Shown piece by piece: positions 28,603 through 37,853 of a stretch of DNA of 64,000 nt; the stretch's first letter is position 1, and each line of letters starts with the position of its first letter. The notes under the pieces are model-generated. The model was not told the origin of the DNA, did no database searches, and saw nothing but the letters and a program-made list of their open reading frames with translations. Origin of the DNA: Dehalococcoidia bacterium (GTDB lineage: Bacteria; Chloroflexota; Dehalococcoidia; Plut-88900); contig CBDFLQ010000006.1 of assembly GCA_965249275.1 (NCBI GenBank), forward strand, positions 32,001 through 96,000. The letters are read 5' to 3'. The position numbers were made by a program, and so were the translations under genes.

Positions 28603-29703
28603 ATGAATAACGAGCTGCGCTCATTCATCAAGGAGTCCCTGGAGCGCGGTCAGTCCAAGGACGCCATCCACGCCGTCCTGACGCAATCGGGGTGGGAGGA
28701 TGGCGAAGTGCGAAACGGCCTGGCGTCCTTCGCCGACGCGGACTTCCCCATCGCAGTTCCCAGGCCGACCCCCTATCTTCATGCCCGCGAGGCGTTCCTT
28801 TACCTCGTTTCCTTTATAGCCCTGTACGTCTCGGCCATCAGCTTCGGCTTCTTGGTCTTCGGCCTCATCGACCATACCTTCCACGACCCCCTTGCCTACC
28901 GCGACCGGTTCCCATCGACTGGAGAAGCGACCTCCATAGCCTCGGTCATCGTGGCCTTCCCCCTCTACCTGTTCCTGATGAAACGCCTGGGCTCGGAGAT
29001 GGCGGCGGAACCGGAAAAGCGGCGGTCGCTGGTGCGGCGATGGCTGACCTACCTCACCCTCGTAATAGCTGCGGGATTCATTCTCGGAGACGTGATTGCC
29101 CTGCTCGCCAACTTGCTGACAGGCGACCTGGCCTTCCTATTCTTACTGAAAGGCCTCGCCATACTGGCAGTCACCGCCTGCATATTCGGGTTTTACCTGT
29201 GGGACATGCGCCGGTCGGAGACTCTGGCCGTCAGTGCCAACGCCACAAATGCCCTGCGTGTATTCTTGGGCATAGTCGTCCTCTTGGTCGTCGCCTGCCT
29301 GGCATATTCAATGTTTCTATTGGGCACCCCCGGGGAGCAACGGAGCCTGAGGTTCGACGAGCAGCGAATTTCCGACCTGAGAAACATCGCTCACAACGTC
29401 GACCTCTACTGGGAGACCAACCAACAACTGCCCGAGAGCTTCGATGACATGTCGGGCACGAGATATTCCATCATTTCTATACACGACCCGGAGTCCGAGG
29501 AAGAATACGAATATCGGGCAATTGAGGAAGCCGGCTATGAGCTATGCGCCGTTTTCTCCGCAGATTCGGCCAGATCCATTGACCCCGACCGCCCATATTC
29601 AGCCGGGTCATGGGACCACGGCACAGGACGCACTTGCTTCCAACTAGAGGCGCAATCGCAGCAACCCCCACCCCCCGCTGCCCCATCTACAGGAGATGGC
29701 TAG
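28603..29703 (+). CDS. Membrane protein, DUF5671-like
   Basis: AREAFLYL, VRRWLTYLTL, GTP..QR..RFD.QR..DL, DPES..EYEY..YELCAVF. Confidence 0.75.
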   Translation: MNNELRSFIKESLERGQSKDAIHAVLTQSGWEDGEVRNGLASFADADFPIAVPRPTPYLHAREAFLYLVSFIALYVSAISFGFLVFGLIDHTFHDPLAYRDRFPSTGEATSIASVIVAFPLYLFLMKRLGSEMAAEPEKRRSLVRRWLTYLTLVIAAGFILGDVIALLANLLTGDLAFLFLLKGLAILAVTACIFGFYLWDMRRSETLAVSANATNALRVFLGIVVLLVVACLAYSMFLLGTPGEQRSLRFDEQRISDLRNIAHNVDLYWETNQQLPESFDDMSGTRYSIISIHDPESEEEYEYRAIEEAGYELCAVFSADSARSIDPDRPYSAGSWDHGTGRTCFQLEAQSQQPPPPAAPSTGDG

Positions 29704-29815
29704 TCTAAGGTGAATCCTGCCCCCCCCACAACTTCGGTTGGGTGGGGAAATCCCCCGTTCGCCCTGAGCCCGTCGAAGGGTCAACCGAGCGAAAGGTGGG
29801 GCGGCAATGGCCCCC

Positions 29816-30814
29816 TCACACCCCCCACACCACCTCCCCCAACCCCTTCAACGTCGCCATCCGATTCTTCGCAGGCAGCCGGAACGTCACCTCTTCCGGC
29901 CCCAACGCCACAATCTCCCTCACACGCTCCCGACACTCCTCCACCCTCCCAACAATCGCCGCGTGCCTGACCAACGCATCCGAGGCCAAGCCGCCCTCCC
30001 CCGCGGACGGCGACCTGCCAAATGACTTCGCACCCCTGATCACTGCAACCTCGTCCCGGAGCGCTTGCGGGGTCTCCTCCTGCCAGCTCGCCGGGGCCCG
30101 ACGAAGCTGATATGTTACTACCGGCCTCACCCGCTCTATCGCCGCTGCCGGATCGTCGTCCCAGGAGATGGTCAGTTGAACGTGCGCCTCGACTTCACCC
30201 GGGCCCTGACCCGCCGCCTCCGCCGCACCACGCAGCCGACGAATCTTGGACGCCATAGCCTCCGCGTCCGATGGTCCCGCAATAAGCGCTCCCTCAGCAA
30301 GCTCGCCCGCCATCTGGATCATCTTCGGCCCCCACACCGAGAGATATATCGGGATTCGACGCTCGACCGAATGCACCCGGTATCCACCCGACCGCCCTAC
30401 CTTGACCTCTTCCCCCGAGACTAAATCCCGCAGGCCCTCAAGCCTCTCCCTGAACCGCGCCATCGACTCCGTCCGAAACCCGACCGCGTTAGCGGAACCC
30501 GGCGCTCCCCTCCCCATCCCCAATACTGTCCGACCATCGCTCAGGTCATCCAGTGTCGCTATGCCGTTGGCTATCACCGAGGCGTGCCGAGTCAGGGGGT
30601 TCGACACCCCCGGCCCGAGCCTGATCCTCTCAGTTGCCTGCGCTGCGACGGTCAACGCCACGTAAGCGTCCTTCGTATAGATGGGCGTATCCCACACCCA
30701 GAGTGTCGAAAACCCCATTGCCTCGGCTTCCCGCGCCACGTCCCCTATCTCCCTCACCGGCGTACGAGGGTCGGCCCACGTTATGATCCCGAATCGCGTA
30801 TCAGACAATTGCAT
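29816..30814 (-). CDS. LLM-class flavin/F420-dependent oxidoreductase
   Basis: LGPGVSNPLTRH..IATLDDLSDGR.VLG and GPKMIQMAGELAEG. Confidence 0.9.
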   Translation of the reverse strand: MQLSDTRFGIITWADPRTPVREIGDVAREAEAMGFSTLWVWDTPIYTKDAYVALTVAAQATERIRLGPGVSNPLTRHASVIANGIATLDDLSDGRTVLGMGRGAPGSANAVGFRTESMARFRERLEGLRDLVSGEEVKVGRSGGYRVHSVERRIPIYLSVWGPKMIQMAGELAEGALIAGPSDAEAMASKIRRLRGAAEAAGQGPGEVEAHVQLTISWDDDPAAAIERVRPVVTYQLRRAPASWQEETPQALRDEVAVIRGAKSFGRSPSAGEGGLASDALVRHAAIVGRVEECRERVREIVALGPEEVTFRLPAKNRMATLKGLGEVVWGV

Positions 30815-30915
30815 ATCCTCGTCTACAATGGGTTGTGCGGGTGTCCTTACCCCGCCAGGACAGTATAATCCGTGTTGTACGGGACTTTTGGATACTAAGC
30901 CGAGGAAATGAAGAC

Positions 30916-32490
30916 ATGCTTGACCTCTTGATAACCAACGGCCTGATAATCGACGGTGCAGGAGGCCCCGGCTTCTACGCCAGCGTCGGTGTCCGAGGCG
31001 AAGACGTAGAGATAATCCGCGGCGACGTTTCCCATGTCGAAGCCACCCGGGTTATCGATGCCACCGGCCACGTCGTCTCCCCCGGATTCATCGACGTTCA
31101 CTCTCACGGCGGTTTCACCATCCTGAAAGAGCCCCTCCACGAGCCCAAGGTACGACAGGGCGTCACCACCGAGCTTATCGGCATCGACGGAAACTCCGCC
31201 GCCCCTTTCAAGACCCAGGAGGACCTTCACCGCTTCATCGAGATGGATGCCGGCCTCAATGACAGGCCTCCTATGCCCACCGACTGGTCCTCCGTTGCCG
31301 ACTTCCTCGCCCTCTATAACAACAACGTCTCCGTCAACATCTGCTACATCCTCGGCAACTCCCCGGTCCGCATCTGGTCCGTCGGCTGGGACGACAGGCC
31401 CGCCACCGGCGCTGAAATCGAGGACATGAAGTCGGTCATCAGGGAGGCGATGGAAGACGGCGCTTTCGGCCTATCCACGGGTCTTGACTACCCGCCCGGC
31501 GGCTACGCCGACACCAATGAACTCATCGAGCTTTCGAAGACCACGTCAGCAATGGGCGGCTTCTACCACACCCACACCCGTGCCTCCCTAAAGTCCCAGG
31601 GCCTCCTGGCCCCCTGGCACGAGGCCATCGAGATCGGGCGCAAGAGCGGCATCCCGGTCCACCTCACCCACTACCGGCAGAGCGCACAGGGCGTAGGGTC
31701 ACACCTCGACTACATCGGACTCGTGGAAGACGCCCGCGCCGAGGGCATGGACGTCACCTTCGACTGCTACCCTTACATTTACTCCAGCACCCGCGCCACC
31801 ATCGAGCTCCCGCTATGGACCATGGACGGCGGCCCCGAGCGCATCTTCGAAGTCCTCTCCAGCCCCGACGACCGGGCCAGATTGGTGGCGGAGATGAAGT
31901 CCGGCGGCCGGGACGCGACGGCCAACTGGCTGACCAACCTTCAGAAAGAGCACAACAAGCAATACGAGGGCCTATCGGTGAAGGAAATCGGGCGGATGCG
32001 GGGCCAGGACCCGGTGGAAGCCTTCCTGGACATACTACTGGACGACGGCCTTGACCTGTGCATCGTTGGCGTGGGTACCAACGCCAATACCCTACCCACT
32101 TTTGTGTCTCACCCCTGCGGCATGGTCGGGAGCGACGCTGTGCTCATGGGTGAGTTCCCAAGCCCCCGGACCTACGGCTGCTTCCCCGTAATCCTCGCTG
32201 AGAACGTCCGCGCCGAGAAACAGCTCCGCCTCCCTGAGGCCATCCGCAAGATGACCTCCTTCCCTGCCCAGCGCCTGGGCCTCAAGACCCGTGGCCTCCT
32301 CCGAGACGGATACAAGGCCGACATCACCATCTTCAACCCCGAAACCGTCAAAGCCCCCGCCACCCGAGAAAACCCCAAGCAATTCCCCCTGGGCATCCCC
32401 TACGTCATAGTCAACGGCAAAGTAGTCGTCGACGAAGGCCAACACTCCGGCCAACTCCCCGGCCGAGCCCTCCGCTTCGGCCAAGACTAG
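30916..32490 (+). CDS. N-acyl-D-amino acid deacylase (D-aminoacylase) family protein
   Basis: PGFIDVHSH, QGVTTE, GLSTGLDYPPG, PRTYG.FP and EAIRKMTSFPA; ATG at 30916. Confidence 0.9.
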   Translation: MLDLLITNGLIIDGAGGPGFYASVGVRGEDVEIIRGDVSHVEATRVIDATGHVVSPGFIDVHSHGGFTILKEPLHEPKVRQGVTTELIGIDGNSAAPFKTQEDLHRFIEMDAGLNDRPPMPTDWSSVADFLALYNNNVSVNICYILGNSPVRIWSVGWDDRPATGAEIEDMKSVIREAMEDGAFGLSTGLDYPPGGYADTNELIELSKTTSAMGGFYHTHTRASLKSQGLLAPWHEAIEIGRKSGIPVHLTHYRQSAQGVGSHLDYIGLVEDARAEGMDVTFDCYPYIYSSTRATIELPLWTMDGGPERIFEVLSSPDDRARLVAEMKSGGRDATANWLTNLQKEHNKQYEGLSVKEIGRMRGQDPVEAFLDILLDDGLDLCIVGVGTNANTLPTFVSHPCGMVGSDAVLMGEFPSPRTYGCFPVILAENVRAEKQLRLPEAIRKMTSFPAQRLGLKTRGLLRDGYKADITIFNPETVKAPATRENPKQFPLGIPYVIVNGKVVVDEGQHSGQLPGRALRFGQD

Positions 32491-32793
32491 CCCCCAAAGT
32501 CCCCCATTCCAGGTGGCAGCGGGGAGGTCCAATCCCCTCTCCCTCGACGGGTCGCAGATGCGCCGCGAGGCGTGCGAGGGCTAGGGTCGAAGAATCGCCG
32601 AGGAGAGTGAGGGTGACCCTTCCTCCGTAATCCCGCCTCCCGAGCCGGAATCCAGTGCCGGGTGGGGCCGCTCGTGCTGAGCCCCGTCGAAGTATGAGCG
32701 GGATGGGGGGCGCACCCCCGCCGGCAGAAGGCCAGCCTAAGGGGTGATTTCCACAAGTTGACCCCAATCCAACAGGCAGACTAGACTTCAACC

Positions 32794-33027
32794 ATGCGAA
32801 AACGCCTACAAGTCCTCCTGGACGATACGGAATACCGAGAAATCCAAGACCTTGCCCGACGCCAGGGAGTCACCGTCGCCGACTGGGTCCGCCAGGCACT
32901 CCGCGAGGCCAGAAGCGCCCATCCAAGCATGATGGAAACCAAGCTGCGCGCCATCACCGACGCCTCCCAACACCACTTCCCCACCGCCGACATCCAAACC
33001 ATGCTCCGTGAGAGCGCCTCTCGCTAG
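32794..33027 (+). CDS. CopG/ribbon-helix-helix antitoxin-like protein (orphan)
   Basis: KRLQVLLDD.EY.EI..AR....TVADWVRQALR..FPTADI; no toxin follows, a REP and IS follow instead. Confidence 0.7.
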   Translation: MRKRLQVLLDDTEYREIQDLARRQGVTVADWVRQALREARSAHPSMMETKLRAITDASQHHFPTADIQTMLRESASR

Positions 33028-33041
33028 CACATCGTCATTCC

Positions 33042-34097
33042 TGTAAGTGTTAGGTAATTCGTTGACAGATTGGTATAAGAGGCCAACACCAATCTGGAGG
33101 CGAGAATGCGAGACAATAGCAAGGACCTCACCCTTGAACGGAACTACATTCAGAAGTGGCGGTTCCTCATCCATGAGTATCAACTGGTCAAGGCAGGGAA
33201 GCATCCCCGTTTCCGCTTCGCCCAGGACTTCTACTCCTTCCACGGCACTAGCCGTCAGACCTTCGCCAAGTACTACAACCGGTTCCTCCTCTCCCCCTCC
33301 GACAACGCCTTCCTCCCCCGTAAGCGGGGTCCCGGGTGGAAGTCCCGCCGCACCCTGCCCTACATTGAGCAGAAGGTCATCAACGAGCGCCTTAACGGTA
33401 CCAACCGTTACGAGATCTATGCCATACTCAAACCCATCCTTAAACACAACACCCCTAAGCCCTCCACCATCTACGCCATCACCAGACGCCACGGTTTCAA
33501 TAGGCTCACAAAGCCGATGCAGCAGTCGAAGCGCAAGATCATCAAGACCCGGGCAGGAGAGCTGGGCCACCTGGACAGCCACTACCTCAGCCGGGATACC
33601 ATCGTGGGCACTAAGCACCGCTACTACCTCGTGGCCCTCATCGACGCCTTCACCCGTCTGGCCTGGGCCGAAGTGGTTGGAGACATCAAGAGTCTCTCCG
33701 TGATGTTGGCTACTCTGAAGTCCATCAATTTCCTTAACGTGGAGTACGGCATCCAATTCGAGGCTATCCTCACCGACAACGGCCCCGAGATGGCCTCCCC
33801 AAGGAACACCCAGGGCCACCCTATGGAACGCATGCTCAATGAACTGGGCATAAAGCACCGCTACACCCGCCCTTATAGGCCCCAGACCAACGGGAAGATA
33901 GAACGGTTCTGGAGAACCTTGAACGAGGACCTGCTGGAGGGGACAACCTTCGAGTCGGTCTCGGAACTGAAGGACGAGCTTCAGCAATACCTGATCTACT
34001 ACAATACTCAGAGACCCCACCAGGCAATGGACGGAAAGACCCCTTTGCAAACCCTTAAATCTCTCTAATTCTGTCAACGAATTACCTGACATCTACA
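33042..34097 (+). mobile_element. IS481-family insertion sequence, 1056 bp, second copy, ATTCC target duplication
   Basis: Same inverted repeats as 24205..25260; ATTCC at 33037-33041 and 34098-34102; a few SNPs versus the first copy. Confidence 0.9.
33106..34068 (+). CDS. IS481-family DDE transposase
   Basis: 320 aa; differs from 24234..25196 at only two residues (R/G, E/Q). Confidence 0.92.
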   Translation: MRDNSKDLTLERNYIQKWRFLIHEYQLVKAGKHPRFRFAQDFYSFHGTSRQTFAKYYNRFLLSPSDNAFLPRKRGPGWKSRRTLPYIEQKVINERLNGTNRYEIYAILKPILKHNTPKPSTIYAITRRHGFNRLTKPMQQSKRKIIKTRAGELGHLDSHYLSRDTIVGTKHRYYLVALIDAFTRLAWAEVVGDIKSLSVMLATLKSINFLNVEYGIQFEAILTDNGPEMASPRNTQGHPMERMLNELGIKHRYTRPYRPQTNGKIERFWRTLNEDLLEGTTFESVSELKDELQQYLIYYNTQRPHQAMDGKTPLQTLKSL

Positions 34098-34206
34098 ATT
34101 CCGAGGCCCCGCGAGGAATCTAACGCGCCAGCCCTAACCCAACCCCCTTCTTCCCCACCCACCCCTACCCTACGCATTAAGTTAAACTGTTGATGGTATC
34201 TGGCCA

Positions 34207-35196
34207 ATGGAACGCCTAAAGGCAATTATTGATTCCGCAAAGCGTTACGCTCGTCACCCTTACCTCCCCGAGTCCCGCGGAAGCTGGATAGCCCTCGCAG
34301 TTGCAATACCCTTAGTATCAACGGCGGGGCTGGTCATTTCAGGGCTTTTCTCGGAGGCGTTCCGAACCTGGCTAATGGGCATGGAGTCCGGCGGTGCCGC
34401 AATCCGCAATGCTGGCCTTATTATTGCAGCTCTAACCGCACTACCAGTGGCGATCTGGCGCGGAATCGTCGCAGATAAGCAAGCCGACGCAGCGCAGCAG
34501 AGTCTAAGAAACGAACGCTATCAAAAGGGCGCCGAAATGCTAGGCGACGAAAACCTGTCGGTTAGGTTAGTGGGTATCTACACCCTGCAACGCCTAGCAG
34601 AGGAGCATCCGAGAGAATTTCACGTTCAAATCATGCGCCTTTTCTGTGCCTTCGTTCGTAACCCTACAGCTGATGAGAAGTATGAGTTAGAGCTAGAAAA
34701 GTTAGCAAGAGAATCAGGGGATTCTTGGATACGCGATGATGTTCAACTTGCAATGACATCGATAGGTAGACGCGACTCTCTTCGCATTTCTTTGGAAGCA
34801 GAGGCAGGTTATAGGCTAGAGTTGTCAGGCATAAGGCTAAGGCACCTAACCCTAATGCAGGGAAATCTGACAGACGCTGCCTTGCAAAACACAGATCTAT
34901 CTAACGCTTACCTAGTGAACACAAATCTGAGCGAATGTATGCTCCAAGAAGCAAATCTTAGCGGAGCAAAACTAGTGGGTGCTATCGTGTCAGGGACATC
35001 CCTAGGGCGAGCAGTTCTCAAGGCAGGTGGTGACGCAAGAATCACCATATATTCCTTCGGCCCAGTAACCGGCCTTACCCAGAGCCAAGTAGACCAATCT
35101 CGAGCCGATCCCAACAACCGACCCAAGCTGGAAGGCGCGATAGATGCGGAGACCGGCAAACAGTTAGTCTGGCGAGGCGCGCCTCTCAAAGACTAG
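34207..35196 (+). CDS. Membrane-anchored pentapeptide-repeat protein
   Basis: Two transmembrane segments; ERYQKGAEMLG..VRL.GIY.L; A(N/D)Lxx repeats; lower GC. Confidence 0.85.
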   Translation: MERLKAIIDSAKRYARHPYLPESRGSWIALAVAIPLVSTAGLVISGLFSEAFRTWLMGMESGGAAIRNAGLIIAALTALPVAIWRGIVADKQADAAQQSLRNERYQKGAEMLGDENLSVRLVGIYTLQRLAEEHPREFHVQIMRLFCAFVRNPTADEKYELELEKLARESGDSWIRDDVQLAMTSIGRRDSLRISLEAEAGYRLELSGIRLRHLTLMQGNLTDAALQNTDLSNAYLVNTNLSECMLQEANLSGAKLVGAIVSGTSLGRAVLKAGGDARITIYSFGPVTGLTQSQVDQSRADPNNRPKLEGAIDAETGKQLVWRGAPLKD

Positions 35197-35205
35197 GCGC
35201 ACCCC

Positions 35206-36054
35206 CTAAAACGCGTCCCCACCCCGCACATAAGCCCCCAGGTCCTGCCCCGTGTTCCGGTTCACCAGGTTCCGACCGTACATCGGGTGCCTCATCCCCC
35301 GCACCTCGTGCTCGATCTCGAAAAGCACTTCCCCCGACTCCGGGTCGACGATCTTCTGGAACCTGAACTGGTGATTTCGTATCTCCTCGGTGATCAGACC
35401 TCGCTCCGACAGAGCAGTGAACGGCCCCGAGAACCCCGCCACGTATATCGCAATGTGATGCCCGTCATAGTCGGGGACATCGCCGTCTGACTCGCAGAAC
35501 CGCAGCTCCTGCCCCGCCCCAATGCTCACCTTAGCCATCCCATCCGACGCCTCCGCCGGAGCGCCCATGATCTGCCGGTAGAACGCCGCAATCCCCTCCG
35601 CCGTCCCCGACGGCACGCCAAACTCCACGTACGGTATCCCCAGCGACATCTCTCCAAACTTATCTGAGCTGCCGTCGTAGCACCGGAACGAGTTTCCCCA
35701 CGGGCCAGTTATATCAACACAGCAGTGCTTGTCCTCCCAAGCAAACTCCGTCCCCGCAAGCCTCTCCTCCGCCTCCGAGAGCCGCTCCCTTAGCTGGTCC
35801 AGGCTCGGGGTCACCAGCCCGACGTGCCCCCGCAGGTGCTGGGCCTGGTTTGTCGGCAAGTGAAACTGCTGGTTGCCCAGGTTTACCCACATATTGTCCA
35901 CCCCGACCATCAGGTACGGGTCTCGGGTTCCGCCCAGCGCGGTCAGATAGAATGCCGTCGCCGTCGACTGATCCGGCACCGTCAGATTCACGTGCTCCAT
36001 CCCGACTATATTCCCGACGTCCTCCGCTTGCAGTGCGATCTCTGGATTGCTCAT
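35206..36054 (-). CDS. VOC/glyoxalase-like conserved protein
   Basis: EHVNLTVPDQ..A..FY, QQFHLP and YDGHHIAIYV. Confidence 0.7.
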   Translation of the reverse strand: MSNPEIALQAEDVGNIVGMEHVNLTVPDQSTATAFYLTALGGTRDPYLMVGVDNMWVNLGNQQFHLPTNQAQHLRGHVGLVTPSLDQLRERLSEAEERLAGTEFAWEDKHCCVDITGPWGNSFRCYDGSSDKFGEMSLGIPYVEFGVPSGTAEGIAAFYRQIMGAPAEASDGMAKVSIGAGQELRFCESDGDVPDYDGHHIAIYVAGFSGPFTALSERGLITEEIRNHQFRFQKIVDPESGEVLFEIEHEVRGMRHPMYGRNLVNRNTGQDLGAYVRGGDAF

Positions 36055-36329
36055 GTCGCCTCCCTACCGGGGCGCTGTGACTGCACTCCCCGGTCTCGTT
36101 GCTCGGTCTACCATTCGACCTATTCTATACCATCCCATCTACAGTGCCCCAACCGACCTAAGACATACAATGCCGAGGCCCCGTTTTACTGTCATTCCGA
36201 TGCCCCACGAGGAATCTAGGACTTACCGCTTCACCTATCTCCCAGCATCAACTCTCCTCCTTCCACCTTCCACCACCTCTGAACGATGAGCGCACGACAG
36301 AACACATCTCTGTCAACTTCCTGTCCCCT

Positions 36330-36650
36330 CCCCCGGTACTGAATTACACCTACCTGCCGCCACAATACACTAGGCTGTACATGCTGTTCCATGCCACCCA
36401 TCACTGCACTAGGCGACTACCGCAAAACATACCTCAAGCCTATTCTTTCCATCTTCCCCCCCAAGTACTGAATTAGGAGCCTCCTGCAACACATACCTCA
36501 ACTCTATTCTTTCCCCCCTCCCCCAGGTACTGAATTAGGGGTATGCGTATGCGCAAAGCGCATACGCATACCCCTATTCATCTCTCCCCCTCTCCCTTTA
36601 AGGCCCTAAGGGAGAGGGGGACCAAGGGGGTGAGGGTTCCCCAGGGGTGG
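36330..36650. repeat. Degenerate ~63-bp tandem array ending in a perfect 19-bp hairpin and a REP
   Basis: GTACTGAATTA..CTATTC units at ~36336, ~36402, 36465 and 36527; hairpin at 36536-36576. Confidence 0.7.
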
Positions 36651-36669
36651 GGCGGGGTATCCCTCCTCC

Positions 36670-37842
36670 CTAAGGCCCCTCCTGTTCGAACGTCCTCAAA
36701 GTCCGAGCCGGAGGCCGAAAATACTCCTCCGCCTCCAGCTTACCCTCGTCAAGCTCTATCCCTAGCCCCGGGGCCGTCGGCAGTTCGATATACCCGTCCT
36801 TCACCTTTATCGGCTCGACCGTTATGTCATTCGCCTTCTCTGCGAAGTTCACGAAGTACTCCGTGATCAGGAAGTTCGGAATGCACGCCGACACCTGCAC
36901 CGTCGACGCCAAAGCCACCGATGTGCTGTTGTAGTTGTGAGGCGAGACCGCCACGTAGTGAGGCTCGGCCATCGCCGCAATCTCCTTCAGCTCCAGGATT
37001 CCGCCGCAGTTGGCAACGTCCGGGTTGATGATATCCGCGGCTCTGGCCTCGAAGACCTCACGGAACGCTGCCTTGCCGTAAAGTGCCTCGCCCGTAACCA
37101 CCGGAATCCCGATCTCGCTCCTGACCTCTGCCAGCGCCTTCAGGTTCTCCGACGGGACCGGCTCTTCATACCAGAACGGGCGGAACCGTTCGACCTGCTT
37201 CGCTACCCTCACCGCGTTCATCGGCGAAAGCCGCCTGTGCACCTCGATCAGTATGTCGACCCTATCGCCCACCGCCCCCCTCACCGCCGCTATATTGTCC
37301 ACCGCCGCCTCCTCGACCTCCTTGTCCACGTACAGCCGCCAAGGCCCGGGGAACGGGTCGAACTTCAACGCCGTGAACCCTTCCTCCACCACCTCTCTGG
37401 CCATCGTTGCGTAGTCTTCCGGGTCCTTAGCTCCGCCGTACCAGCCGTTGGCGTAGACCCTGATCTTGTCCCGGCACGCCCCGCCGAGCAGCTGGTACAC
37501 CGGCACACCTAGCTTCTTCCCCACGATGTCCCAAAGCGCCTGCTCGATGCCGCTCAGTGCGCAATAGAACTCCATCGACCCCCGACGCCCCGCATAGTCG
37601 TCGTAGGCCATCTGCGTCGTGTGCTTGATGTTGAACGGGTCCCGACCCACGAGGTAGCGCCCCAGCTCTTCGACGTGGGCCTGGATCGACCGGTCCCGGT
37701 CCAGCTGGGTGTATGCTTCACCCCAGCCGTGGATACCGGCGTCGGTCTCCACCTTAACGAACAGCCAGCTTTTCCCACCGATCATCCCCGCCCTGTGACC
37801 CTTGGAGTAGACCAGGTACGACTTGATGTTCTCAATCTTCAT
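36670..37842 (-). CDS. Galactonate dehydratase-like enolase-superfamily (MR/MLE) protein
   Basis: WLFVKVETDAGI.GWGE, SGIEQALWDI.GK, YANGW, KFDPF, EVHRR, YEEP and SPHN; ATG at 37842. Confidence 0.9.
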   Translation of the reverse strand: MKIENIKSYLVYSKGHRAGMIGGKSWLFVKVETDAGIHGWGEAYTQLDRDRSIQAHVEELGRYLVGRDPFNIKHTTQMAYDDYAGRRGSMEFYCALSGIEQALWDIVGKKLGVPVYQLLGGACRDKIRVYANGWYGGAKDPEDYATMAREVVEEGFTALKFDPFPGPWRLYVDKEVEEAAVDNIAAVRGAVGDRVDILIEVHRRLSPMNAVRVAKQVERFRPFWYEEPVPSENLKALAEVRSEIGIPVVTGEALYGKAAFREVFEARAADIINPDVANCGGILELKEIAAMAEPHYVAVSPHNYNSTSVALASTVQVSACIPNFLITEYFVNFAEKANDITVEPIKVKDGYIELPTAPGLGIELDEGKLEAEEYFRPPARTLRTFEQEGP

Positions 37843-37853
37843 GCCGCTCCCCT

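Noticed and set aside
32806-34092. Long antisense ORFs over the transposases (also 24210..25286)
   Set aside because: Shadow frames of the transposase with no recognisable motifs.
24205-34097. Composite transposon carrying 25261-33041
   Set aside because: Each IS has its own complete left and right REP halves and ATTCC duplication, consistent with independent insertions.
36330-36600. CRISPR array
   Set aside because: Repeats are degenerate, cores resemble each other, only four units, and no cas genes are in the window.
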